DNA of 64,000 bases from the NCBI GenBank assembly GCA_013265495.1, contig MU058103.1, positions 684,001 through 748,000 on the forward strand. Reading direction: 5' to 3'. Source of the DNA: Vicugna vicugna (lineage: Eukaryota). Within the stretch, counting starts at the first letter, position 1. Each line of letters opens with the position of its first letter. This document shows, one piece after another, positions 1 to 13,145 of this stretch. Position numbers and translations under genes: made by a program. Under the pieces are notes generated by a model. It ran no database searches. It had not been told where the DNA came from and saw only the letters and a program-made list of their open reading frames with translations.

Positions 1-933
1 ATGTTCACTCTACAATTGATGTCAGCGAAAGATACAACAGGTGTAAGGTGTCCAATTTAGTCCCTGGCAAACAATAGATACAATAAATGGTGGTCATTGT
101 TATTCAGTCAAGAAGTGTCTATTAAGCCCCTATAATGTATTAGTTGCTGTGCTGGATACTGACACACAGCAGATACTGAGTAATTGTGAATATAGGGTGT
201 TATTTTTATCATGCAGTCTTTTTAAGATATGCAGTACTTCTCTACCAAGATACTCTTTGGAAAGAAAAGTTATTCCCCCTAGAAGCACTCCTGGGTTCTT
301 CCTGAAAGGTGATAGATACTGCCTATGAAAATCTCCACAGTAGCATCTGTGTCACAAAATCTTTAAAGTTAGAATTATAATATAAGATTAGCATTTACTT
401 CCAATGAATTGAGTGAATTCTCCAAACTAGAGAGTTCTCGTCTTCCCATGGGGGTGCCAGTTTCACTTCCTTGTTGATGAAGAGAGTCTGTGAAAAGAGT
501 CCAAGATCCTGTGTAGTTGAACCAAGTGGAGCCTGCATGATCAGAGATTGGAGCACACAGGAACACACCCATGAAGTTTTTCCAAAGCAGTTGTTTGAAG
601 TGGTCCAAAAAAAAAATCCACAAGCTGCAACTTTGATCAAAGGAAAATAAGGGATAATCCCCAAGTCAAACTGAATTCTCTGTGGGTATTTGTGGCAATT
701 TGATTGGAAATTGTATATGATCAAATCCCCATGGAGTGTGTTTGAGGTTTGAAAAGACATGAATAATTGAGGAAAATGGAAATTTGTGAAGTCCAAAGAT
801 ATTTATTGACTGGACTTATTTCATTTTTCCCAAGCCAGGGAGATAAAAAAGTTTTCTGTTTTTCTTTAAATACTTGATCCACTCCAAAGAGGACAGCTGG
901 ATAATCCCCTGTCAGGAAGAATTACTGACTCAC

Positions 934-1074
934 CACAGATGCGTAGACGAGGGACCCTAGCGTGGTTCCGACTGCTGGCTTTGTGAATCTGGCCATCACT
1001 GTCCATTTGCAAAATATGCCAATTGGTCTTTTGTATTAATTGATTCCCCATGTTCCATCTTCCCTGATCCACAT
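934..1074 (-). other. Candidate internal exon (141 nt) of an unidentified transcript
   Basis: aaacag| acceptor and TG|GTGAGT donor; locally CpG-rich; open in phase 1-1; peptide not recognised. Confidence 0.3.
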
Positions 1075-4000
1075 CTGTTTTAATGAAGGGACTGAGTAAG
1101 GACTAACTAAAACTTGTGCCATATAGCACTAAATGGCAACTGAGGGTTTTTAAGTCCAGTCAATTGACTATATTTTGAGCCATTCTTTTCAAGCGTATGT
1201 TTGCAATTAGCTAAACAGAGCCAAATATGACCATGGGTTACTGTGGGAGTGGCAACTCTATGCATAGAAGCATTGCAGAGCAATGAAATAAAGGTGCCAA
1301 ACAGAAAGAGAAGTGAGAACTAAACTATAGTGGCTTCACCTTTGAAACTGGGAAAATGATACCTAATTTCAGATTTATTTGAGGGCTTATTAAGGTGACT
1401 TATAAAATGCCTAGTATTCTCGATCTTCATCACATGATAACTATTATAACTTATTATTATAATTGTTGTTATGCTGTTATTATTAGTAATAATATTAGTC
1501 AGAACAGAACATCATCATCATCATCACTTGATATATCTTCTTTGTATATCTGATAGCTGACTTAGTTCAGTTAGTTTGCCTTAATATTACATAAGTGTTT
1601 AACTAAACCATGATGTAAACAGTCCCAGTTTATTAGTAGGAAATATATATATATATCTGTATATATGTGTGTGTGTGTGTATATGTAATAGGTAAGGTGG
1701 ATAAAGTACACTACAATGAAATATAAATATGTGAATGACACTTAATATATCATAGATAATGGAGTAATTGATTTTCCTTAGTGAGAAATTAAAAAAAGAT
1801 CCGAGCTGTAGCAATAACATTCAAACTCAGGTGTATATCAGTGGCCTTTTAATAATATGTTAGGTATAGTTTAAAAATAATCCTTTTTTTTTTTCTTGTC
1901 TGATTTCAAACATAGCCAACCAAACATGAAAAGTCTTATATGTAGTTGTTATTAATTTAAATAATGTCTTTCCCTAATGGTATAAAGAAGAGAAAAAAGA
2001 AAAGAAAAAGAAAAAGAAAAAGAAAAAACTTTTAGATTGTTTTCCTCCTGGATTTTTTTTTTTCTTTTTGACAATCCTCATTATAGATTTTTGAGTAGAG
2101 TAGATTTGGGAAGACTGATCATTTATTTTTCTTTGTGCTGGCACCAGGTCTAAATTTACCTTATTAATTTACTTTATTCATTACACCAAATTACACATAG
2201 TCATTACCTGGAGGTTTTAAAAAAAGAGTATAATAATGTGGACAAAGGATTATCTAACAGGAGCATTGTATAGCAAAGTGATCAAATTAAATACTTAGGA
2301 AATGGAAAACTTCTAATTGCCTGGCTGTTACATTAAAAATGCATGTTTTATTTTTTATTGCATGAGGACATTTCCCTAAATTATAATGTTAATTTAATCC
2401 TGTAATACAGTTATTTCACTTTATAAATATATGATTAGTTTGACTGATTTGGTTGATTTCTTTGTCTTAACTTTGCCTACTAGGTTGCATTTAAATTTCA
2501 TGGTAAACTCTTAAAGTGGAATGATGTGAACAATAAGGCAAAAATGCCCAAGGTACATAAGAAATATTGGGAACCAATTTCCTGTAAGGGATACCAATAC
2601 AGCTGAAAAACTTGTGGAATTTCTGCAATGTCTGTAATAAAAAAGAGTGCATTATCACTATCCTTTGTAACTAAAAAGACTGAGTACAGCCCCCTGTATC
2701 CAATTATCTTGGCTAAGCCCTATTAGCAAGTATTTATTGAATGCTTAAATTATAATCATCAATTTTCTGAGAACCATGAAGCATATAAATGCATAAGGGA
2801 ATGGATTTCTTTAAAATGTTTTACATTTAAATGAAAAGCAATATCTTCTCTCTAGGCATTGTTAGAAAACAAACCGAGAACAACATGCAATCTGGTGGTA
2901 GATTTTATGTTAAAGGTCATACTGATTTGTGAAACACTGTTGTAGAGCACAGTCGGTTGGGCTGGCTTCAGAGAGGTGGATTTTAGAGAGAGAATAGGAT
3001 GTAAGTAGGCTTGTCTAAGACAGAGGGGCCCTCCGACAGTGACACAGTATGAACAGAAGCAAGGAGTTAAGAAAAAAACATGTTAGATGCTAATATTATA
3101 GGGGGACTTCATGATACAGCATACATTTCATTTTAGGAAATATTGAATGAGGCTGGGCTCATTATTGTCTACTTTAAACTCTACCAGTGAAGACTCTGTT
3201 CAGAGAAGGGCATTTGTATCATCAATTAGTCCATAAGATTTATAGCTCTTTGAGATGAGAGTCTATGGAGGTATTCTTATTTCTGCTCTTCCATAACCTC
3301 AAACATATCATAGTCTTATAATGGGCGTTCAACAAAAATCACTCAACAAAACAGAAATGACCATTCTTGCTCACAAGTTGTCTACAAAGTCAAATGTGTA
3401 AAATTTTATTAAGCTAAATAGTTCATTTGCCTCAAAAGATTGGTTTCTATCTGGAGGGATAGAAGTCTTTGGTAGGTTGTAACCTGTGGTGGTTTTATAT
3501 TTTATTGAAAGCATTTAACTTTATTTCATCAAGGTAAACATAAAAGAAGGTTAAAAGGAGTAGTCTTTTAGATAGCTAGGTAGCTCGTGTTTGACAGCGT
3601 AAATTGAATCTGTCCCTTATCTTATAAAGGCAGGAGATACTGAGAATGAGTGAAGAAAATTGGACTTCTAAAATGATAAAATATTCAATAACTCTACTGG
3701 AAGAAAATCTTGTTTTTCATAACTTGATTTCTAACCAAATTTATGTTATGTTGAAAAAAAAACCACTGCATAGAAAACACTTCAGTCTCCTGTTTCATTT
3801 TAAAGCATAACTAAAACAATGGCAATGTAACAACTGGAATCACTAATTGGGTTTCTACGCTGTGCCTGCTTTGTTCTAAGTGTTTTGCATGTTACTGTCC
3901 TTATCTTTACAATGACCCTCTTTCAGACACAATGAAAGTCAGGCTGACAAAGGTCAACAAATGCCCAAGGTTCTCAGCAAGGATAAAACGGCCTTGCTTG

Positions 4001-4114
4001 AAATCCAAGGTCTCTTTGATCTGAAAAGCTTGTGTGCATCCCCTATGTCAGTATTTCTCAAACTCTAATTGTTCATCATCTGAATGATTTTTTTTAACTT
4101 GATAATTTAAAAAA

Positions 4115-4192
4115 CATTTTTTTTAGTTCTTATTTTTTACTGAAGTGTAGTCAGTTTACAATGTTAGTTTCAGGTGTACAACAAAGTAATTC

Positions 4193-4241
<49 letters not shown>

Positions 4242-4376
4242 TAATTTTTTTTTCAGATTCTTTTCCATTACAGCCCATTACAAGAAATTGACGGTAGTTC
4301 CCTGTGCTATACAGTTGGTCTTTGTTGTTTATCTATCTTATATATAGTAATGTGTATCTGTTAATCCAAAACTCTT
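4115..4376 (-). mobile_element. L1 3' end fragment (cetartiodactyl type) containing a (GATA)n expansion
   Basis: T-rich tail then typical antisense L1 3'UTR motifs (caatgttagtttcaggtgtacaacaaagt; gttccctgtgctatacag). Confidence 0.8.
4193..4241. repeat. (GATA)n microsatellite
   Basis: About 12 perfect GATA units. Confidence 0.98.
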
Positions 4377-4404
4377 TTTAAGATACCTGAATATTACCTG
4401 GACT

Positions 4405-5080
4405 ATTTTTTATTGTGGTAAAATAGATGTAACATAGAATTTACCATTTAAACCTTTTTAAAGTATTAAATTTAGTGGCATTAAGTACATCATACGGTGG
4501 GGCAGCCATCCCTGCCATCCATCCCCAGAACTGTTTCATCATTCCAAACTGAACCCTGCTACCTGTTAAACATTAACTTTCTATTACCTCCTCCCCCAGC
4601 TCCTGGGAATCACTATTCTGTTTTCTGTCTGTATGAATTTGGCTTACCAGGTACTCCCAGAAGTGGAATCATACAATCCCATTTGTCCTTTTGTGACTGG
4701 CTTATTTCACTTAACATAATATTTTCAAGGTTCATCCAAGTAGTAGCGTGTATCAGAATTTTATTCTTTGTTTTCACCTCCAACTTTAATATTACAGTAT
4801 AATTTCCAGTCAAATGTTGTATACATATAAGGTGGATGTACAAACTGACAACCTGATATAGGTAGATGTTGTGAAACATTTACCACAACCAAGTCAATCA
4901 ACATAAGTTTAATAATATCTCACTGTATGTATACACCCTATTTTGTTTATACATTCATCTGTTGATGGACATGTGGGTTGTTATCACCTTTTGCCTATTG
5001 TGAATATGGTTGTACCAATATCTATTCAAGTCCCTGATTTCAGGTATTTTGGGTGTGTCACCAGAAGTGGAGTTGCTAGA
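4405..5080 (-). mobile_element. Old L1M 3' end/ORF2 C-terminus, interrupted by another L1 tail (~4760-4905)
   Basis: ORF 4613..4879 reads ATTWMNLENIMLSEISQSQKDK, the L1 ORF2p C-terminus; also attcatctgttgatggacat motif. Confidence 0.85.
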
Positions 5081-5182
5081 GCAGGTAGTCAGTTGAACTA
5101 TTTGATTATTTACTTAATATATTTGTAAAAATCACCTCATTTTTAATTAAATAAATTATATTAAAATGATACTTTATTATCA

Positions 5183-5589
5183 CTGCTGTAGTCAGGACAA
5201 ATTTGATAATGCTGAAATAATAAACAAGTCCCACAATGCAGTTTTATATCTTGTTCACTATAGATATCCCATGAGGATCAGTGGGGTGACAGGAGGTCTG
5301 TTCTGCACAGTCACTAAAGGCCGCAGGTTGCAGAGCCTCCATTGGTCTTGGCAACATAAGGAGCAGAAGAACTTCTCAGTTTCTGTAGGAGGAAGGTCTC
5401 AAAAAGGCAATCACATGCTTTAGCCTAAAAATGACTCTCATATTTTCCACTCTCAGCCCATTGGTTAGAAATTGTCACATGACCCTGACAAATTACAAAG
5501 AATGGTGGAGGTTGCATGTGGAGAATAAGTCTTCCTATGTGAGTATCCAGAAGAAGAGAAAGGCAGATGGAGTGTACATTCTATGTTTC
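5183..5589 (-). mobile_element. Ancient MaLR LTR (MLT1J/K-like)
   Basis: tagtcaggac...atgctgaaataataaacaa start and cccattggttagaaattgtcacatgacc motif typical of old MLT1. Confidence 0.6.
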
Positions 5590-6190
5590 TGTTACTGGAG
5601 AATGTGTTCTTGTCTCATGCAGGAAAGAATTTAACAATGAGGCACAAAAAGTAAAAGTAAATTTATTTAGGGAGATACACACTTCATAGACAGAGTGCAG
5701 TCCATCTTACTCAGAAGGAAGAGCAGCTTAGGAGATACTACATATTCCGTAGGCAGAATGTGGGCCATCTCAAGAGTCAAGAGAGAGGTCATGAGGTGTG
5801 GGGGTGTTTAGCTTAAAGTAAAAGTAGATACACACTCCATAGACTGAGAGCAGTCCATCTCAGAAGGCAAGACACAGAGAGAGTGACCACGAGGTGAGGG
5901 GTTGTTAGTTTTTATGGGCTTGGTAATTTCCTAATTAACAAGTAGAAGCATTATTCTAGCTATTTGGAGGAGAGGTTGGAGATTTCCAGGAATTGGGCCA
6001 CCGTCCCCTTTGTGAACTGCATGGTCAGCCTAGGAACCGTCATGGCACCTTCCTGTGTGCCATGAGGCTCAAGTTCTACTGGAAGTTAAATCTTCTGCCA
6101 TGCTATCTTGTTTCTAACTAGTTTGTCTTGTCCTTCGCTGCTGGTTCATTCCTTCCATGGTTGTGACCCGTCCCCTTCCCTCCTGTCTCC
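5590..6190 (-). mobile_element. MER41-like ERV1 solo LTR
   Basis: TGTTAC terminus at 5590; minus-strand AATAAA; three internal gatacacactccatagacagag-type repeats; homologous to 36459-37052; imperfect TSD tttc/tttt. Confidence 0.8.
5984..5992. promoter_or_regulatory. GAS (STAT) motif TTCCAGGAA inside the MER41-like LTR
   Basis: Exact TTCCNGGAA match; function not shown. Confidence 0.5.
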
Positions 6191-8229
6191 TTTTTACCAA
6201 AACAGGAGTACAAGATCACTTTCATGATAGATGATAACCAAAACACTTAAATAACTATTCAAAATAAATTTTTACTACCTAAAATTATTTCACCTATCAC
6301 CAGAAATGTGCCTTCGGCCCTCAGTGAAATATTATTTTGTGCATGAGAAAAGGAGTCCACTCAGTAAGACTAGACTTTTATTCTAGTTACCTCAAACTAA
6401 ACACAATATTTTCAGTAATTGATAAAAGAATGATGTAGCTTGGATGAAGAGGAAATATTGTTCAGAAGAAAAAAATTAGTTGACTTGCTCATCAGTTTAT
6501 ACATATATTTATTGGTAGTTAAGTACTACTCAAGGCACTGAAGATGCAACAGTGAACAAGCTATAAATGGATCATATCTTCAAGTAACTCAACTGCTTAG
6601 AAAGAAACACACATTAAAATGAAAAATATCATATGCAGTGATTAAGATAAAGGAAAGTTTGGAGCATATAACCAGTTACACCCCAGGTAGCATGAGTAGA
6701 GTTAAAGAAAAGTTTTTCAATGGATGTAAAATTTTAAATAATAAAGAGATATAGGAACCAGGAAGATGGGAAAGAAGATTATTTTAGGCAGAGTGTATAT
6801 TATATTGAAATTCCTGAGTGTGAAAGAACAAAGCAAATTCAAAAATATTTAACAAATCCATTATTTCTGAGTATAGAGAACAAAAAAGTGTAAGTCATAA
6901 AGTAGAGATGACACTGTACAACATATGTTCTCGGAGCAGTGAGAAGAAATGAATTCTATTATGAAAAGTAGGGTTTCTTGTCTCCATTTTGTAAGTGACT
7001 ACCTGGAATCTAACTGAGGTTAAATATCAAAGCCTGCAATTGAATCTAGTTTTTAATGACTCTGTTAGTAATGCTTTTTCCAACTCTTCAATTGTCATCT
7101 AAATTGAATATCATAGCAGAGTCTGTTTTCTTTTAAGAAACATTGTAGGAAAGTAAAATCTATGTTATATAAGTTAGTGATTGTGAAAGTTTAGGGGGAA
7201 AACTTGTAAAAGATCTCATACAACAGTGTATGAATTAGAATATGGCCAATTAAGTATAAGAACTTTAAATTGTTCAACTTCTGTAATTATGAAAAACACA
7301 AAACAGTGAGATGATTTACTCTTTCCAGTTGGCCGGTTATGTTGTTAGTGGCGGTGGTTTGCTTTGTTGGCCACTTCAACGACATGTAAACACTGAGGAG
7401 AGTGTGAGTCGGCATAGTCTTTTTGGACTGCTATACATCTCAAGAGTCATACAGTTTTTCTCATTTGTTCACCAGGAAATCTAACCCATAAATTTAAATA
7501 ATCAGGCATATATTATATGTATAATCTAAATATCTGTACATGCATATATCTATGTCTACATCTATAAATATATAGATATAGAAATATTCCAACATTTTTA
7601 TAGTGACAAATTGGAGTAAAGAAATTTTTTTTCAGAAACTTATGAAATTCAATACAGCCATTGTAAAACATACCATAAAAGATTATCTAGTATAAAGAGA
7701 AAATGATAAACAAATTTATTAATTTACAAAAAGCACTTTAAAATAGTACATAAAGTCAAGCTTATGAAGGGTTTGTGTGTAGAGTTAAAGTTGAAGACCA
7801 TACACCAAAATGTTAACAGTGGTTGTTGCTGGGTGGGATGATGGCTTTTGACTTGCTGCTTTAGACTCTCCCCTCCCTGGATTTTCTACAGTTAACATTC
7901 ATTATTTTTACCATCAATAAAAAAACACAAAATGAAAACTGAAATAGTTCTTGATTAGAAATCATGCTTATTACAGAGGAGCTAGATGGCAAATGATAAA
8001 GCAATCATATGGCATATAGCCTAAGAAGTGTTTTAAAGAAATTTGAGTAGGAATATTCCTATCTTGGGTTAGATTTAGAGCACAATGATGCCTTTTAAAA
8101 CAGTTTCTATCTTGTCTACACATAACTGTGCATACATGTACTACACTCCATTCCTTTCCTGCAGTCATTTCCTCTTTGCTTGGCCATTTCTAACAGGATC
8201 TTTGTATGGCCGCATCTCACACAGTCTGT

Positions 8230-8653
8230 TTCCATAGTCCTTTGGACTGCAGTTCAGTGACACCACCTCCCAGTAGGCAGCGGGGCTGGAGAAAACACCT
8301 GAAACCTGACATGAATTGAGCCTGCCAGGTTCTCTTTTCTGCTAATTGGGATTCCAGTCTGTGTATGATGGATCGAACAGAGAAGCCATGGGAAGCCAGA
8401 GCTATATTAGAGGCACACGTGCCAAAGTGGAGGAAGGATGAGCCTCGCGAGAGAGAGTGATTGAAATGAGTGGAGAGGAGCAGAGATGATACACAGCAGG
8501 CTAACCTCAGCCCTGTTTTCCACGTCCTGATCCCAGGCTTTGTGAATCCTTCTCTGTGAACTATCTATGCCTTTTCGATCAGTTCCCCTTTTGGATGAAA
8601 CTATTTTGAGTGAGTGCTATTTTTAGTGTGCTCAAAAGATCCCAGGTTAAGAC
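8230..8653 (+). mobile_element. Ancient MaLR LTR (MLT1K/L-like)
   Basis: 3' end resembles the MLT1 terminus (ttgagtgagtgctatt...caaaagatcccaggttaagaca). Confidence 0.55.
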
Positions 8654-9278
8654 AATGCATAATACTCATTAAATAACCTCTACTTGATTTACGTATGACT
8701 CAAATTTAGATTCAGAATTATAGAGAGAGATTGAACTTGAAGGTCAGGGAATATTTTAGGCGACTTTGAGGATAATCTCTTCTTTCTAAAAAAAACAGCA
8801 TAACAATTCTACTAATTTTCATTCATTCTCTTTTTGCTCATCTCCAGCAAACAGGGCATTTCTCATATGATGGTTCTTTGTATTTTAGTTGTTATTCTTT
8901 TGTTTTCTATATATTCATCCATAAAGGAATATATTTACAGAATTTCTTTTAAGCCTTCCCTTTCTTAGGATAACACATGCTAATTAGTCAATAATTTCAG
9001 ATCTGATTTTCATTTTCTTTCCTGACTCTTCATCTCCTTGCATACCCATCCACAATAAGGCATTACTATTTTTTAAATGTATTTTCCTTCATACCTCGTG
9101 ATTTTTTGGACTGTTGTCATCTCGTTCTTCGACAGGCATGACTTCTATATGATAGGGTACCAGGCCACAATAGGTCACATGTATTATAGTGTATTGCAGT
9201 AGAATATGAACTCTGGGGCCACACAGAATTACCTGACTTACCAGTGATATGGTTATAAGAAAATTTCCTAACTGCTCT

Positions 9279-9692
9279 TGTTACAGAAACAACAGGCCAG
9301 CCAAGAAACAAGCACCACTCGGAGGGTTGGAGTACTCAGATGTATTACGCCGGTGGGCTCAGAGGGGCTTCTGCTTCAACGTTCTGAGCACCTCCAAGGC
9401 GTGCACGTGAGGTTCTATAGGGTTAAGTACAAGCTTGGGGTATTCGGCCAATAGGCATGGAACAGCTTTAGCAGCATCATTATCACAAAAGTAGAGGCAG
9501 GGAGGCAGCAAACCAACATTTCAAAGCCAGGTATGTCTCTTTGAAAATCCAGCTGGCTAGCGAAAAAACATGAACAGCAAACCAACACTAATTAACTTAG
9601 ATTTACGAGTTAGTCCAGCAGAACTCAGATCAGTATTCCGATACTTAGATTTGTAAGTTATCTTGTTAGCCCAGCCCAGCTTTTCCTTTACA
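9279..9692 (-). mobile_element. Young ERV1-type solo LTR (family A, copy 1) inserted in a MIR
   Basis: TG...CA termini; 4-bp TSD CTCT (9275-9278/9693-9696); near-identical to 63093-63507; flanks rejoin as MIR core. Confidence 0.92.
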
Positions 9693-9949
9693 CTCTGAAC
9701 TTTAGTTCAATCTTTGGTGAAATGAAGTTATAGCCTGTAATTCACAGTGCTGTTATCGCTATGCTTCTGACAAAAGGTCAAACCTACCTGATAACAGAAA
9801 ACAATTTAAAAGTCACTAAGTCGTGGGCCAAAGGATTCTGTTTCTTAAATATCTCCTTTTCTGCAATAGACACTTATATATTAGATGAAACACAGTATCA
9901 CTGACATTTTGGGATTTAAGTTTATATAATCATAATGTTATTAAATGTT

Positions 9950-10160
9950 ATGAAAGATACATTTTTCTGAGCTATTATAATGTGAAATGCATAGTGCTAG
10001 GTAGATGTAACTGATCCCACATTTACAGGTGAGGAAACTAAGGTTGGGAAAAGTTAAATAATTTCCCCAAAGTCATGTGGATAACAAGCGACAAAGTCAA
10101 TGTCTGAACTGGATTTACTCAGTAACATAGCTATTGTTCTCTTCATTACCATGCGTTGCC
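9950..10160 (-). mobile_element. MIR SINE
   Basis: cccacatttacaggtgaggaaactaagg...ttaaataatttccccaaagtca core. Confidence 0.8.
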
Positions 10161-10377
10161 TCTGAGAAGAAATACAGCTTAACAATTTAAGAAAGAGACA
10201 CCACTGCATGTTGATTGAACCTAATTCACTTTAAATTTTTTTTTTCTCTGCCACATGTATAGGCAGGAAAATTCAGACATCTCCTTCATCAGTGACTTTC
10301 CTTGTAATTATGTTTTAAGTGAAAATCAGAGTAGAAACATACCATTCAAGTCACCTTTGTACTCCCAGCATACTAAT

Positions 10378-10745
10378 TATCTTCCATTCGCCTCTTTAGA
10401 TCCACTCTCTGCCCTACTCCACCCTGCTTTCTGCCAGGGGAGACTGACCTGCGAGGCTCTACCAAGAGAATATCTTGCCTTCTGGCTTTTTGTTGGCTTC
10501 GGCAATGGGGAACCCTGGTGGGAGACTGGAGCTGAGGGTGGAGAGTGAATGAATGTAGACTGCGCTCTCATTTTCTTATTCCTTCAATGTTGAAAATGGT
10601 AACAACTCCTTTCTTACAAGCCCCTAGGGTGAGGGGGAGGAATCTATACTATCCCTTGAATTTTCCTTCACCTTGCCTACACCTCTATGAAACCCTTCTC
10701 GATTTATAAAAGTCTGATTTCTTTCTAGGATCCTGCCATTCTGTT
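10378..10745 (-). mobile_element. LTR33-like ERVL LTR
   Basis: ccattcgcctctttagatccactctctgccctactccaccctgct...gccttctggc...ggcaatggggaacc matches recalled LTR33 motifs; strand tentative. Confidence 0.65.
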
Positions 10746-12344
10746 TATTTGAGGGTTCTTCGTCATACATCTGATGTCTGGCAAAGTACTTGGCACATTA
10801 AATGCATTATAAGGATGGATAAATAAGTAGAAGAAAACAGCAATATATACTTAATCCTTATAGAAGATAGAGATGGCTAAGGGAACCACACTGTAGGTGT
10901 CTGGTCATCCCTCAAATAGTGTCTTATTCAATGGAGGACAGTCTACCAAATAGACAAGTACATTTCTACCCAGACTTTCTTCCTCTTTTATAAGCAAATA
11001 AGTCTTGGAGCCCCATGAAAGCTGAGAAGACCCAGTCATCCAGCCAAGCTCCTGCTGTCTGGAAAATCTGACAGTAATCCAGAAAGGGACTTCAGAGGGC
11101 TCACCCAGCAGCTCTGCGGCCACTCTGGTCTGGCACAGAATGAAAGCCCTCTGCTTGGGCTGAGAGCTTAGACTTGCTCCGCCAAGCTAGCAGTTCTTTG
11201 CTTGAATTGTAAGATGTTAGCCAACTGGGCTAGGATGTCTTCTGAAAATGAATAAAAATTTCTAAGGAGAAATAGTCAACGTCTCAAATTTAATTTAAAG
11301 TCTAGGATTCAGCCCTAATCAAGTGACACCTCTCTCTCCTCTCATGTAACACTTCCATTTATTTGATTGAGGGCATCCAAATTGGATCATCTGTCTCCCA
11401 GGAATGATTCAGTGGTTAGTGATTAATTTCATTTTACTGAGGATACAATGAACTCCTCTGGCGTTTGAGGCAAGGAAAGGGTGCAAATGTTTACTCTCAG
11501 GCACCCTGAAACTGTCTGTCTGAGGACTGGTATTCACAAAACCAACTTCTATGTTTTAAAGAAGGCATCAAGTATTCACAAACCATTTACTAAAGCCTTG
11601 GTCACTTTAGATCATTCAATACTATTTACCTCGTGCAGCTGTGGTACCAAGCACTTTGAATGTAAAAGGCATTTGATAAATTGCAATTATGGTACAAATA
11701 TTAAAGCAAAGTGTTACAGGTTCCAGGCTACATGTTCCCTCTTTAGGTCTTCCATAGGGAGTATGCTAATATTGCATCTTATAAATGAGGAGACACACTC
11801 AGAGGGGTGAGAGTCTTGCTTAAAGTTTTGCACGGAGGGAAGAGGGGGAGTGAGAATCCTGGCCTCCTTACTTCTCCCCACACATCAATTACTCCAAACA
11901 AACAGGCAGCCTCTCAGCTTCCCCGCGCTCTATCAGAGTTCCCAGAGGCACACCCAGGGACACTGTCAATTAGAATGACTGGTAATCTCTGTGAACTATT
12001 CGGCTGGCTAAGGGTGCAGGACGAGGGGCAGGGAAGCATCATCTGGTTTTGTTTCTGTCTCCTTCCCTCCTTCCTTTGAGTCACTAAGTTGTAGGCTAAA
12101 GGATATGGTCTCTCAAATATCTCCTTTCCTAAAATAGACACCAACCGTTCCTAACTGTCGGGCTTTTTTGTTTGCTTGTTCTGGTTTTCAGTTTTCAAAA
12201 CTCCTTTGGTAGGGAGCTTACCATTCAGCAAAGCGACCGTTTCCCTATTTAGGCTGCATTTTTTTTTTTCCATTCTATTGATGCACATTGTCTACAGCTT
12301 AGAATCACTGTATTCTGAAGTTTAAAATCATTAAAGAGTTTTGG

Positions 12345-12513
12345 CTAATGGATTATCAGCTTTTTTGACCTGAAGAATCCTTTGTTTAAATAAAATTGTC
12401 TCGAAAAATGCAAATCACAGGTACAAGATTACTCTGGTTGAAGCAGGTGGTAAGATCTGAGGCCCACCAGCCAGGCCTCTTAGTGGACCTCACGGAGTAG
12501 TTTGGAAATCAGT
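12345..12513. mobile_element. Old hAT-Charlie-type MITE fragment
   Basis: Ends agtttggaaatcagt; starts atggattatcagcttttttg, degenerate CAGTGGTTCTCAA-type TIRs. Confidence 0.4.
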
Positions 12514-12739
12514 CATCTAGTCTGACCTCATCATTTATCAGAAATACCAGAAGATGGCAATCTAGTGAGGGAAAGGAGAATCTTAGGGCACACAGCTGGT
12601 CGAGTGAAGGGCAAAATTTACATCTCAGGTCACCGAATTCCTAGCTAAGCCTCTTCTCACCCTACCACACAGCCATCCTACCCATGATCTGAGTTGTATG
12701 TTCTGGGGTGACACAGAATTGTAGCTTTCAGATAATCTA

Positions 12740-13145
12740 CCCTTTATTACATGGCAGCAACACTGACCTCTGTGTTCTTCAGACACACCAAGCTCATCCC
12801 ACCCTCAGGCATCTGCACTTCCGTTACCTCTGCCTAGAGTGCTCTGGCCCAGACCTTGGCATCATCACTAGCTCCACCTGTCATTCAGAGCTCAGCTTAA
12901 ATGTCACCTCCTCTGAGATGCCTTCCTTGCCCACAGAAGTTTAATATCCAACATCCTATCACTATATTTGATCTTCTTCCTAGCACTTACTGTCAGTGTC
13001 TGATTATTACTTTATTAATCTATTTGGTTCCTGGGTTCCTATCTATGTCCTGCCAGAATGGAAGCTCCATACAAACTGTAGAATCTCTAGGACTAGAAGA
13101 GCACACTATACATACAGAGCAGAATTTGATAAATATTTGTTAAGG
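12740..13145 (+). mobile_element. L2 3' end
   Basis: ctcagcttaaatgtcacctcctctgagatgccttcc; agaatggaagctccat; ataaatatttgtt terminus. Confidence 0.8.

Noticed and set aside
9341..9346. Loss of AATAAA in both minus-strand family A LTRs as evidence of selection by a minus-strand host gene
   Set aside because: Other minus-strand LTRs (5590, 22858, 23702) keep AATAAA, so the pattern is not consistent.
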